56,191 bases of DNA, from IMG/VR virus record IMGVR_UViG_3300027987_000011, positions 1 through 56,191 of that record; one strand, given 5' to 3'. The notes under the pieces were generated by a model that was not told where the DNA came from, did not search any database, and worked only from the letters and a program-made list of their open reading frames with translations. The number at the start of each line of letters is the position of its first letter. Within the stretch, counting starts at the first letter, position 1. The position numbers were made by a program, and so were the translations under genes. Below are positions 25,392 through 33,723 of this stretch, piece after piece. Source of the DNA: a virus. Taxonomy: Duplodnaviria > Caudoviricetes.

Positions 25392-25421
25392 ATTCTATCA
25401 CGCGGAGTAACATTCGCGCAA
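25392..25421 (-). promoter_or_regulatory. Sigma70-like promoter of the recombination/replication operon
   Basis: Minus strand TTGCGC, 18 bp, TAGAAT, with a TGn extended -10. Confidence 0.6.
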
Positions 25422-25429
25422 GCCTGGGA

Positions 25430-25846
25430 CTACGGCATCACCCGGACCCATACGCGGGTCGCGACCTCCAGGGTGGGGTCGTCGGCACGGTCAGCGACGA
25501 CGAGGAACGAGTAGATGTCCCCCGCGTTTGGGGCGGTCGCGCCCTTCGCGACGCGGAACTGCACCGCCCCGTCTACCATGACCACCGCGCCATCTTCGTC
25601 CACGTCGTCCACGACCGTGATCTGGCTGATCGTCGGCGGGTCGCCCGTGGTCTGAGCACCCCACGTCTCGGGGCGCTCCACCAGAAGCTCTTGGAACGTG
25701 ACGGTCGGCGCGGCCCCATCTTCGTCGAGGTGGGTCGCCGCCTTGATGAGTTCGTCGGACTCACCGAAGCCGACGTGGAATAGCTGCGTCGCGCTCGGAT
25801 ACCATTCGAGGTACGTCTTGCGGACGTAGGCACTGGGCTCAGGCAT
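25430..25846 (-). CDS. Hypothetical beta-rich virion accessory protein
   Basis: AGGAG RBS. Last gene of the late operon. Confidence 0.6.
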   Translation of the reverse strand: MPEPSAYVRKTYLEWYPSATQLFHVGFGESDELIKAATHLDEDGAAPTVTFQELLVERPETWGAQTTGDPPTISQITVVDDVDEDGAVVMVDGAVQFRVAKGATAPNAGDIYSFLVVADRADDPTLEVATRVWVRVMP

Positions 25847-26150
25847 CGTGGCTCCTGTCGGCTGATTCAGTCCACGACCTCACCCTGGTGACGATCCACG
25901 AGCGTGAGTTCGAGTAGAGGGTGTGCGTTCGGGTCAGTGCTGAACCGACCCACTGCCTAGATCCAGCCAGTCCTGCCCAGAACCGTTCGACAGACGCAAG
26001 CCACTGTCGGTCGGAGTGGGCGACCCACACGCGAGAACCGGCTGAGATGTACTGCGTGAGAAGTTCGACGATGAAGATGACCCTGCGGCCCAGCCCCGCA
26101 GTGACCAGCATCCCGCTCCGTTTCCCCAGACCTCTTGTGACATGGTTCAC
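25839..26150 (-). CDS. Hypothetical protein with repeated RxW motifs
   Basis: VTRGLG/VTAGLG, then RVW, RQW, RFW, RQW, RSW, RSW. Coupled to neighbours. Confidence 0.5.
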   Translation of the reverse strand: MNHVTRGLGKRSGMLVTAGLGRRVIFIVELLTQYISAGSRVWVAHSDRQWLASVERFWAGLAGSRQWVGSALTRTHTLYSNSRSWIVTRVRSWTESADRSHDA

Positions 26151-26710
26151 TCCAGTCGCTCGCGGCGTTCGATCCCGTCACCCTTGTAGGGGATCGTGCC
26201 ATCCTCATCCTCGAAGATGTCCCCGCTCAGGAACGGGGTCACGCCGTCGTCGTCGAAAATGGTCATCTTGCCCGTCGCCTTCGAGGTGACGGCCTTGTTC
26301 TGGAGGATCTTCCGCATCTCCTCCGCGTTGAGCAGCGTACCCGAAATCGACTGCCTGATCTGGACCTGCGTGTAGTCGGTTGGGTTGACTGGGTTGTTGT
26401 TGTAGATGTTCGACGCCACGATGGTCCCACCCCGAATCACGCAGGACTCGAAGGTGGGACCGGCCCTGGCCTCGAACTCCACACGCCAGTCGTCGGAGAG
26501 GATCAGGATGACCTCGCTGAACACCTCCGGGGTGCCGCCCAACGACACCTTCCCTCCGAACTCCGCGAACCATGTGATGTCTAGGTTCTCGGGCTCTTCG
26601 AGAAAGTCCGCGATCTGATCCACCAACTCCTGTACGGTGATCTCCGTGTCAGGACTGGGGACCCTGATGATCTTCGTTGCCGGATGGAAAGTCACTGTTG
26701 GCACGGTCAC
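26147..26710 (-). CDS. Hypothetical virion-associated protein
   Basis: Protein-like composition. N-terminus resembles that of 26969-29368. Confidence 0.65.
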   Translation of the reverse strand: MTVPTVTFHPATKIIRVPSPDTEITVQELVDQIADFLEEPENLDITWFAEFGGKVSLGGTPEVFSEVILILSDDWRVEFEARAGPTFESCVIRGGTIVASNIYNNNPVNPTDYTQVQIRQSISGTLLNAEEMRKILQNKAVTSKATGKMTIFDDDGVTPFLSGDIFEDEDGTIPYKGDGIERRERLE

Positions 26711-26972
26711 GCTCCCAGCGTTCGATCTCTCTGTCTCTCTCCTGGCACAGCTTGATCTGCTCTCGTCGTTCTTCGATCACGGTCGCCTGCTCGTTGATCG
26801 CCTGCTGGAACCCGTCGATCCGGGCCTGCGCGTTCCGAATGTCGGCCTCCAGCGCGTCGATCCGCCAGAGCGGGTACCTCTTCCTGGGGTCGGGGGGCAG
26901 GTCATAGACCTGCACCCCCTCGCCCTGGCCGATCAGCTTCGCTCCGCTAGGAAGCCTAGGTTGCTTCATCAC
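26649..26972 (-). CDS. Small coiled-coil protein
   Basis: Heptad-like IDALEADIRNAQARIDGFQQAI segment. Confidence 0.55.
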   Translation of the reverse strand: MMKQPRLPSGAKLIGQGEGVQVYDLPPDPRKRYPLWRIDALEADIRNAQARIDGFQQAINEQATVIEERREQIKLCQERDREIERWERDRANSDFPSGNEDHQGPQS

Positions 26973-29368
26973 GTCACCACGGCGTCGGTGATTCGCACCG
27001 CCGCGACCTCACGGCCCGTGTTCGGCACCGTCTGGTCGGAGGTGAACGGCTTGAAGCCCTTCAGCCGGAAGACGAATCTCGCCTCCACGTCCGCGCTGTA
27101 GATGTACGTGTTGCTCACGCTCGCCGCTGTCGCGACCTGCGCGAAGAAGGGCACGTACACCTCGTCCGACGTGGTGGTCGCGAACGGGAGCACGTTGATG
27201 TCGTACCCGTTCGTGCTCGTCCAAGTGAGCGCCTGACCGGGAGCCGACACCGTGGTCAACTGGGTGGTCGAGTCGATGCTGACCACGAAGCCCCACTGAC
27301 CCGTCGTCGAGTTCCTGATCGTGTCCCCGACCCTCACGTCATCTGCCCCACCGAAGTCCGCAGCGGAGTCGATCAGCGTGTCGCCGGTCGATCCCGCCGT
27401 GGCGGTCCCGGTTCCTGCTCCGCTCGCCAGCGTGAACGTCACGCTCGCCCACGAGGCGTACCGCAGCAGGGCCTCGGGAAGCTCCGGGTCGCTGATGTCC
27501 ACCACTTTCACGACGCCCGCAGCAGGCTCGTCGGAGGTGATGCCCGTGCCCACCACCACGGTCGCCGCGCCCGCCGACTGCACCGTGCCCAGGTACCGAT
27601 CCTTTTCGATGGGACCGGCAGCACCCGTGCGGCGGAAGCAGCCCGCTCGGTCGCCAGCCGTCAGACCGGACATCGACACCGCAATCTGGTTCGGTGGGTT
27701 CTGAACCACACCCAGGTCGTCGGTCAACTGGTACGCCTTGATGTCCCCGGCGTCGAGGTCGAAGACGTACACTCCGGGTGCTCCGAAGAACGTGCCACCA
27801 GCGAAGCTACCGAACGGTGCCTGCTTGTTCGGCGTGATGGTCTGCACGCCACTCGCGTCGATGGTCGCGCTGTTCGTACCGTCGCTGACGTTCGTCGCAT
27901 CGTCCGTGAACGTGCCCTTCACGTTCGACAGGATCACGATGTCTTCCGGGCTGGAGTGGTAGGCCACGATCACGCCCGTGGCTCCCGCCCCCGCTCCCCC
28001 GGTCTGGGTGAGCGTGTTGCCCTCCGTGAATCCACCGGGGGCGGGCGTGGCCGTCTTCAGCCGCACCACGTTCCCGATGTACTGCTCGCCGTCTTCGGTC
28101 GCGCCTGCCGGTCCCAGCGCCGTCGTGGAACCCCTGCGCGTCCGGTACTTCAGCGCCTCGTAGACCGCCGCCAGCGTCTCCGCGTTGCAGTCGATCTCAA
28201 TGCTGTACGGACGGGACCCGCTTCCGTTGTTCAGGTCGCGGGCGATGGCACCGAACGCGATGGTCGCGGTGCTGGTCGCGGGACCGACGTTCGTCGGCGC
28301 AGCCGCGAGCTTGTTCGCAGAGGCACTGGAGTCTTCCCCGGTGATCGTCTCGGTGCCCGTGAACTCCGTCAGATCCTTCCCGACGAGGTAGTAGTCCAGG
28401 CTCGTGTCCGCGACCTGTGCGGTCACGATAGCCTTCGCACCGGAGGTGCCGCCCGTGATGACCTCGCCCACTGTGAACGGGCCACCTGAGAACGCGCCGG
28501 TCGTCACACGACGATAGCCTGTCGTGTTGTTCAGGTCGGCGCTCGTCGCGAGCGGGGCAGGCTGACGGGACCCCGCCGACAGGTCGGCGGTGAAGTGGTC
28601 GTACAGCGTGTTGGCCTGCCTCGCGAAGACAGTCACCAGACCGGAGTCGATGAACGCTCCCATCTCGCGAACGAGCACCAGCAGGTCGAGGTGGGCCGTC
28701 ACGGCGTCGAGCCACCACGACGTGAGCTTCACGTCGTCCTGCACGAGATAGATGTCCGTGTCGTTCTTGATCTGGGCGATGGAGTAGAGGTTCGTCCATC
28801 GCTGCTCGCCGCTCACGGTCCCGGTCGTCGCATCGGTGTCGATGTTCCAGCCCGTGCCGGTGATCGCCTCGCCGCCTGCGGTGAACTGCGTGGCCGACGT
28901 GTTGCGGACGTAGATGGTGTCGTTCGCGTTGTCGGCCCAGAGGATCGTGCCGGTCGCACCGGAGGTGCCGCCCGTGAGCACGACGCCAAGGTCAGTGTAC
29001 CCGTCGCCGCCCTGCGTCGGCGCACCGTCTCCGGTATACCGCAGGAGCGTGATGCCGAAGCCTCCGACGCTCGACGTGTGGACCGTCCCGAACTTCGTCC
29101 AACCGTTCGAGTCGAGCCCACCACCGTAGAACGCCTTCGCGCTCGTCGGGTCGATGAACCAGGGGTACAGGATCTCGTACTGCGTGGGAGTCAGGCCGTC
29201 CATCGGAGAGGGATCGTCAAGCTGTGCTGGCTCGTCGAACACGTCCATGAGGTAGCTGTAGACGGCGTTCATATCGTAGGTGGCGTCGGGGACTCCGTTG
29301 GTGAACCCCCCGACATAGGAGATCACGCCGTTCGCGTAATCAATGTCCAAGTCTGTGCTGAGTGGCAT
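26969..29368 (-). CDS. Large T/G-rich virion structural protein (799 aa)
   Basis: Three GxxxTGGTSGAxxxI-like internal repeats, beta-rich. GGAGG RBS. Confidence 0.75.
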   Translation of the reverse strand: MPLSTDLDIDYANGVISYVGGFTNGVPDATYDMNAVYSYLMDVFDEPAQLDDPSPMDGLTPTQYEILYPWFIDPTSAKAFYGGGLDSNGWTKFGTVHTSSVGGFGITLLRYTGDGAPTQGGDGYTDLGVVLTGGTSGATGTILWADNANDTIYVRNTSATQFTAGGEAITGTGWNIDTDATTGTVSGEQRWTNLYSIAQIKNDTDIYLVQDDVKLTSWWLDAVTAHLDLLVLVREMGAFIDSGLVTVFARQANTLYDHFTADLSAGSRQPAPLATSADLNNTTGYRRVTTGAFSGGPFTVGEVITGGTSGAKAIVTAQVADTSLDYYLVGKDLTEFTGTETITGEDSSASANKLAAAPTNVGPATSTATIAFGAIARDLNNGSGSRPYSIEIDCNAETLAAVYEALKYRTRRGSTTALGPAGATEDGEQYIGNVVRLKTATPAPGGFTEGNTLTQTGGAGAGATGVIVAYHSSPEDIVILSNVKGTFTDDATNVSDGTNSATIDASGVQTITPNKQAPFGSFAGGTFFGAPGVYVFDLDAGDIKAYQLTDDLGVVQNPPNQIAVSMSGLTAGDRAGCFRRTGAAGPIEKDRYLGTVQSAGAATVVVGTGITSDEPAAGVVKVVDISDPELPEALLRYASWASVTFTLASGAGTGTATAGSTGDTLIDSAADFGGADDVRVGDTIRNSTTGQWGFVVSIDSTTQLTTVSAPGQALTWTSTNGYDINVLPFATTTSDEVYVPFFAQVATAASVSNTYIYSADVEARFVFRLKGFKPFTSDQTVPNTGREVAAVRITDAVVT

Positions 29369-29395
29369 GGTCGCTTCCCTCCAGAGTCCGACCCG

Positions 29396-31609
29396 TTAGT
29401 TGTTCTGGGGATCTTCGAGCAGCGTGACGGTTACGTTGAGCCCCGATGCGCCAATGACCTGCGGACTTTTCAGATGCTTGTATCGCGGACTATCCGCAGC
29501 ACTGCTCTTCCGCGAGCGAACTTCGACGTTGACTGCTCCTCCGTAGTTGTAATTGGCGTTCTCCACGATGCCGCTGGCGTTCGTGTCGGCCCCCCCTGAG
29601 CCACTGATAAGCTCGTCGCCCTTCGAGACGCCACCACCTGTGGCCGTAACATAGATCCCGGTCTGGGCGTTCTGCACTGGCGAACCCGCCTCGTCCAGCA
29701 CCGTGACCTTCAGGCTCACGGTGTTGATGATGGAGATGGCCGAAGCGGGCGATCCTGACCGCGACTTCGTGGTGGGGTTGGAACCGCTGCTGGCGTTTGC
29801 CTGCACTTCGCCGTCCCGCCAGACGGCGTGGATAAGGTCGTAGCTCTGAGCGGTCCAACCTCCACCTGACGCGAGGGTCGCAGCGTTACCTGCCGAAGAC
29901 GGGGCAGACGAGTCGTAGCCGACCACGACGTAGTTCGATCCGTCGCCACCCGTGTATTCGATAGCGATGGTGTAGTTCGTCGAGCCCAGCATGTCGTAGA
30001 ACTCTGCTGCCTCGAAGTAGAAGTCCACGTCCGCGAGCGAACCCGTCAGGGTGCTCACGTCGAGGACCGTCGCTGCCACGAGCGTCGCGCCCGTGGGCAC
30101 GGACGACGTGCCGAACGTACCGCTGTGGGCGTAGAGCTTCACCGTCGCGTTGCCGGTCGGTGAGCCCACCTTCCGCAGATAGAACTGAGCGCGAACAAGC
30201 TGCCCCGCCGTGGCGTTCGCGAACGACTGGGCCACCCCGTCGAGGGTGCCGTTTCCGATGTTGACCTCGGCATCCTGATTCGTGTTCGCGTAAGCCTGGA
30301 CGGAGGTCGCGTTGTTGGCGTTCCTGATGTCCACGTCGTTCCCGCTGAAGAGCAGGCCGACGTAACTGAAGTCGCCCTCGGTCTGGTGGTAGATGCCAGC
30401 CGGATCGTTGGTCGCGTCGGTGTTGGCAAGGAACGACGAGTTCCTGACGTTCGCGTTCGCCTCCCAGTTGAGTGCGCCCTGCGTGCCGGTGTACCCGGAG
30501 AACACGCAGTTGCGGAGCACCACCCGACCGGAGTCGATCATCTCGCAGTTCGTGAACGTCACGCCCGCGTAGACGTGATTCGGTCCATCCGTCGCGTCGT
30601 TCGAGAGCGTCGTTGTCGTGCCGTCGAACCCGTCGAACACGGTGCCGTGCATATCCACGGCGGTGATCGTGCCGCTGAAGTTGAGGTCGAGGGTGTTCGT
30701 GTTGGCTGCGCCCGTGATGCCCAGGCCAGCCTTCTTGAACACCGACCCGCCCGTACCAGTGCGGTCGTCACCTGAGCCCACGAGGATGCCATCCTCGACA
30801 TCCGTCGTCCCGGTGCCCTCTTGGATCACGAGTGCGTTGAAGCCCGACGCGAGCGCGGTGACGATGCTCGTGCCGTTCTCGTACTCCTTCGGCTCCCACA
30901 CGAGAACCTGACCACCGTCGTCGAGGTAACAGTCGCCCGCCCCGCTCGGGGCACCCAGCGCGATCCGACCGGCGCAGAAGTACACACCCGACCGCTCCTG
31001 AATCAGACCGTAGGCGCTACCTGCGTCAGCCGACGCGATGTCCGACCATAGGAGCCGGTCCCCGGATGTTCCCCCTGTGACGTAGGGTCCGGTGGTGTAC
31101 CGGATGATGTCCATGAGGATGTTGTCGCTGGTGCCACCGACCGCGCCCGCGAGCGTGAGTTCGACGCCGATGTACGTCACGGACGCCATGTTGGGCGAGC
31201 CCGTGTCGGTCACGCTCCCCGTTTTGGTCGGGTCGATCACATACATCTGCCAACCCGCCTTCACGGTGTCGCTGCCGCCGATGTAAAAGCTCCGGTAGTT
31301 GGCGCTGCTGGAGCCGACCCGGAGGATCATCCCGCCGTTCGCGATGGTGTCGAGAGCGCCGATGCTCTTGCAGTTGATCCAGGCGTAGATGTGCGTCACG
31401 CTGGAGGACATGTTCACGCCCGTCCCAGCGGTGTAGACGATGCCGCGACCCGATGCCGTCTTCCGCCCCCCGAAGCTGTTCGTGCCTTCGATGAAGTCGT
31501 CGGTATTGGCCGCCCCTCCCGGCCCCGCACCGATATTTCCCCAGCCTGCGTCCGCTCCGTTCCCACTGGAGCCGAACTGGGTCATCCCGTTGATGGTCGC
31601 GGTCGCCAT
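29396..31609 (-). CDS. Large virion structural / appendage protein (737 aa)
   Basis: G/S/T-rich beta composition with a beta-helix-like middle and Ig-like C-terminus. GGAG RBS. Confidence 0.7.
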   Translation of the reverse strand: MATATINGMTQFGSSGNGADAGWGNIGAGPGGAANTDDFIEGTNSFGGRKTASGRGIVYTAGTGVNMSSSVTHIYAWINCKSIGALDTIANGGMILRVGSSSANYRSFYIGGSDTVKAGWQMYVIDPTKTGSVTDTGSPNMASVTYIGVELTLAGAVGGTSDNILMDIIRYTTGPYVTGGTSGDRLLWSDIASADAGSAYGLIQERSGVYFCAGRIALGAPSGAGDCYLDDGGQVLVWEPKEYENGTSIVTALASGFNALVIQEGTGTTDVEDGILVGSGDDRTGTGGSVFKKAGLGITGAANTNTLDLNFSGTITAVDMHGTVFDGFDGTTTTLSNDATDGPNHVYAGVTFTNCEMIDSGRVVLRNCVFSGYTGTQGALNWEANANVRNSSFLANTDATNDPAGIYHQTEGDFSYVGLLFSGNDVDIRNANNATSVQAYANTNQDAEVNIGNGTLDGVAQSFANATAGQLVRAQFYLRKVGSPTGNATVKLYAHSGTFGTSSVPTGATLVAATVLDVSTLTGSLADVDFYFEAAEFYDMLGSTNYTIAIEYTGGDGSNYVVVGYDSSAPSSAGNAATLASGGGWTAQSYDLIHAVWRDGEVQANASSGSNPTTKSRSGSPASAISIINTVSLKVTVLDEAGSPVQNAQTGIYVTATGGGVSKGDELISGSGGADTNASGIVENANYNYGGAVNVEVRSRKSSAADSPRYKHLKSPQVIGASGLNVTVTLLEDPQNN

Positions 31610-31621
31610 GCTCTAGCTCCC

Positions 31622-32377
31622 TCAGTACGACCAGTCGTAGCTGTATGGGTGGCTGGGCGATGAGTCGCCGCCCAGCACCGAATCGAATAGCCAGTAGAGC
31701 CCCGCGCCCAGGATGCCGCCGCCGACAGCCCAGACGGCCTTACCGACCGTGAACGAGAAGATCGGCACCGGCTGGATCGGGTTGCACACGTCGGGAGAGA
31801 TCACACCACGTTCCGGGGTGGCGCGCACCCACGGCGGCGTCGTGATGTTCACCAGTGCGTTGCTGCCTTCGCAGCCTACACTGTAGGTCTGTGTGAACGG
31901 ACTCACTGTGAGGTTCGTGCGGAGCCTCCACGGCGACTCCGGTCGGTACGTGACGAAGAGGTCGCCCTGGATCGGTGGCCCCTCGACTTGGAACGTCGCT
32001 TCCTGGGTTCCCTCTGGTTCGTTATCCGGCACCTCTACCACCACGGATGATTCGACCGATGTCCGGTAGGCGTCGAACTCCACACGCACGCTGTTGAGCG
32101 CCCGGAGCGCCTGCGCTCGCCCGTTCACGGCAAGGTCCAGGGACGTGAGCAGTCCGGTGATCGAATCCTCGTCCACCTGACCCTGGGTCTGCATGATGGA
32201 GACGGTCGTCGAGAGAGAGTCCCCGTACATCGTCAGGGTGTCCCGCAGGGCGGCAGCGTTCGCCGCAGCTACGTCGAGGTCCCGGCGCATCTCCACGCTC
32301 TGGGCGTATAGGACGGCAGCAGCCAGCCCGGACGCTACGGTACCTGCCAGCAGCAGGATGATGAGCAGCTTCTTCAC
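31622..32377 (-). CDS. Spanin-like / membrane lysis accessory protein
   Basis: N-terminal signal/TM, coiled coil and hydrophobic C-terminus, in the lysis cluster. GTG 32377 after GGAGG. Confidence 0.5.
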   Translation of the reverse strand: MKKLLIILLLAGTVASGLAAAVLYAQSVEMRRDLDVAAANAAALRDTLTMYGDSLSTTVSIMQTQGQVDEDSITGLLTSLDLAVNGRAQALRALNSVRVEFDAYRTSVESSVVVEVPDNEPEGTQEATFQVEGPPIQGDLFVTYRPESPWRLRTNLTVSPFTQTYSVGCEGSNALVNITTPPWVRATPERGVISPDVCNPIQPVPIFSFTVGKAVWAVGGGILGAGLYWLFDSVLGGDSSPSHPYSYDWSY

Positions 32378-32604
32378 GGTGCCCTCCAGGCGCGAATCCA
32401 ACGCTCCACGCCGTCGATGATGTCCGGTCCCGCGATGCTGCCCGCGAGCACGCAGACCATGATGAGGAACGCCAGCGCCACCCTCCAGTCGTTGAAGATG
32501 TCGCGGAGCGCCCGGATCAGTTCCCGAACCACATCCCAGGCGTTCGAGCCCTGGATCTTGTCGTCTGGCACGTCGTTGTCAGGTGGCATCTCCTCCTCCG
32601 TCAT
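32374..32604 (-). CDS. Small membrane protein (holin-like)
   Basis: One TM helix, in the lysis cluster. Confidence 0.5.
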   Translation of the reverse strand: MTEEEMPPDNDVPDDKIQGSNAWDVVRELIRALRDIFNDWRVALAFLIMVCVLAGSIAGPDIIDGVERWIRAWRAP

Positions 32605-32953
32605 AGCCAAGTCCGACCCAGGCAACCGTGCCCAGGCTCAACATGAGCAGCCCCAGAGTATGAGCCACCCAGAAGTCCGCAAGATATGCGAACACTGCGG
32701 TCGCCGGTCCCACCACGTCACCGATGCCGTCGATGAGCCAGACCCAGGCGGGATGAGACTTCAGTCGGTGTTCTTGGTACTGCCGGTACTCGAACCACCC
32801 GTAGATCCCCAGAGCAGCGAGAAGACCCAGTGCAGCAATCGCGAAAGGGATGAAGTCCACGACCGCGACGAAGAGGTCTGCGACGACGAGGTGAACGACC
32901 CAGGTGGTGGGTTGGAAGGCGTCGATCCTTCCCCAGTATCCTTTCAGGCCCAC
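32579..32953 (-). CDS. Multi-TM membrane protein (holin candidate)
   Basis: 3-4 hydrophobic segments directly after the lysin-like gene. GTG 32953. Confidence 0.5.
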   Translation of the reverse strand: MGLKGYWGRIDAFQPTTWVVHLVVADLFVAVVDFIPFAIAALGLLAALGIYGWFEYRQYQEHRLKSHPAWVWLIDGIGDVVGPATAVFAYLADFWVAHTLGLLMLSLGTVAWVGLGYDGGGDAT

Positions 32954-33438
32954 GGCTGCATCTCCGTCACATGGAGGACACACTTCTCCCCTGCGATCAG
33001 GGCAGTAGCAATCTCCTCGTACACCTTCTTGTAGGCGGCTTCTGACCGCCCGATGAAGAACTCCCCGTCCGGGTAGATGCCGGGGACCTCGCCCACGCCC
33101 ACACATCCCTTCGTCTGCGTCTCGTAATTCAGGATGTGGATGTAGACGCTCGTGAACTCGGGCACGTTCTGGAGTTCGATCATGCCCTTGTGCCACTCGC
33201 CGTACTTGCGGCGGTAGTCGTGGTTCATCATCTCGGGGTTGTCCATGCCGTCCGTCCGCAGCTTCAACTCGTAAGTGCCGACCGGGATGCACGTCTCCCC
33301 GTAGACCTTCGTGTGGCGACGCTCGTCTTCGAGCGTGAAGGCCATGTCCACCGTGTCACCGCCGTCGATCAACCTGCGAAAGAGGCCCAGGGTCGAGTTG
33401 CGGCCCAGGCCGTACCTCACCACGGCGTACTGCTTCAT
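32944..33438 (-). CDS. DUF5675-family protein, probable endolysin
   Basis: TLG...FTLED...ETCIPVGTY...NVPEFTSVYIH..N...TKGCVGVG motifs. Confidence 0.75.
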   Translation of the reverse strand: MKQYAVVRYGLGRNSTLGLFRRLIDGGDTVDMAFTLEDERRHTKVYGETCIPVGTYELKLRTDGMDNPEMMNHDYRRKYGEWHKGMIELQNVPEFTSVYIHILNYETQTKGCVGVGEVPGIYPDGEFFIGRSEAAYKKVYEEIATALIAGEKCVLHVTEMQPWA

Positions 33439-33719
33439 CGGTTGTCGTCCCTGCGGGACACGTAGGAGTCGAACTTGGACTCCAGTGATCGCATCCGGTC
33501 GTTCATCCGCTGTTCGAGAGCCTGAACCTGATCGTACTGGCGGCTCTCCTGACTAGCCACCTCGGCACGTAGCAGCGTGACGTTCGTGTCCAGCCTGCCC
33601 ACCTGCGAATAGGTGGCGATGGCTCCTATGACTCCAGCGGACAGCAGGAGCGAGATCACTCCCATCACCCACCAGAAGGCTTTGAAGCCGCTGCCTTCAT
33701 TGTTCGGTGTGTCTGTCAT
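33435..33719 (-). CDS. TM + coiled-coil protein (holin/antiholin-like)
   Basis: ATG 33719 after AGAGGA. TM followed by heptad repeats. Confidence 0.55.
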   Translation of the reverse strand: MTDTPNNEGSGFKAFWWVMGVISLLLSAGVIGAIATYSQVGRLDTNVTLLRAEVASQESRQYDQVQALEQRMNDRMRSLESKFDSYVSRRDDNR

Positions 33720-33723
33720 TCCT

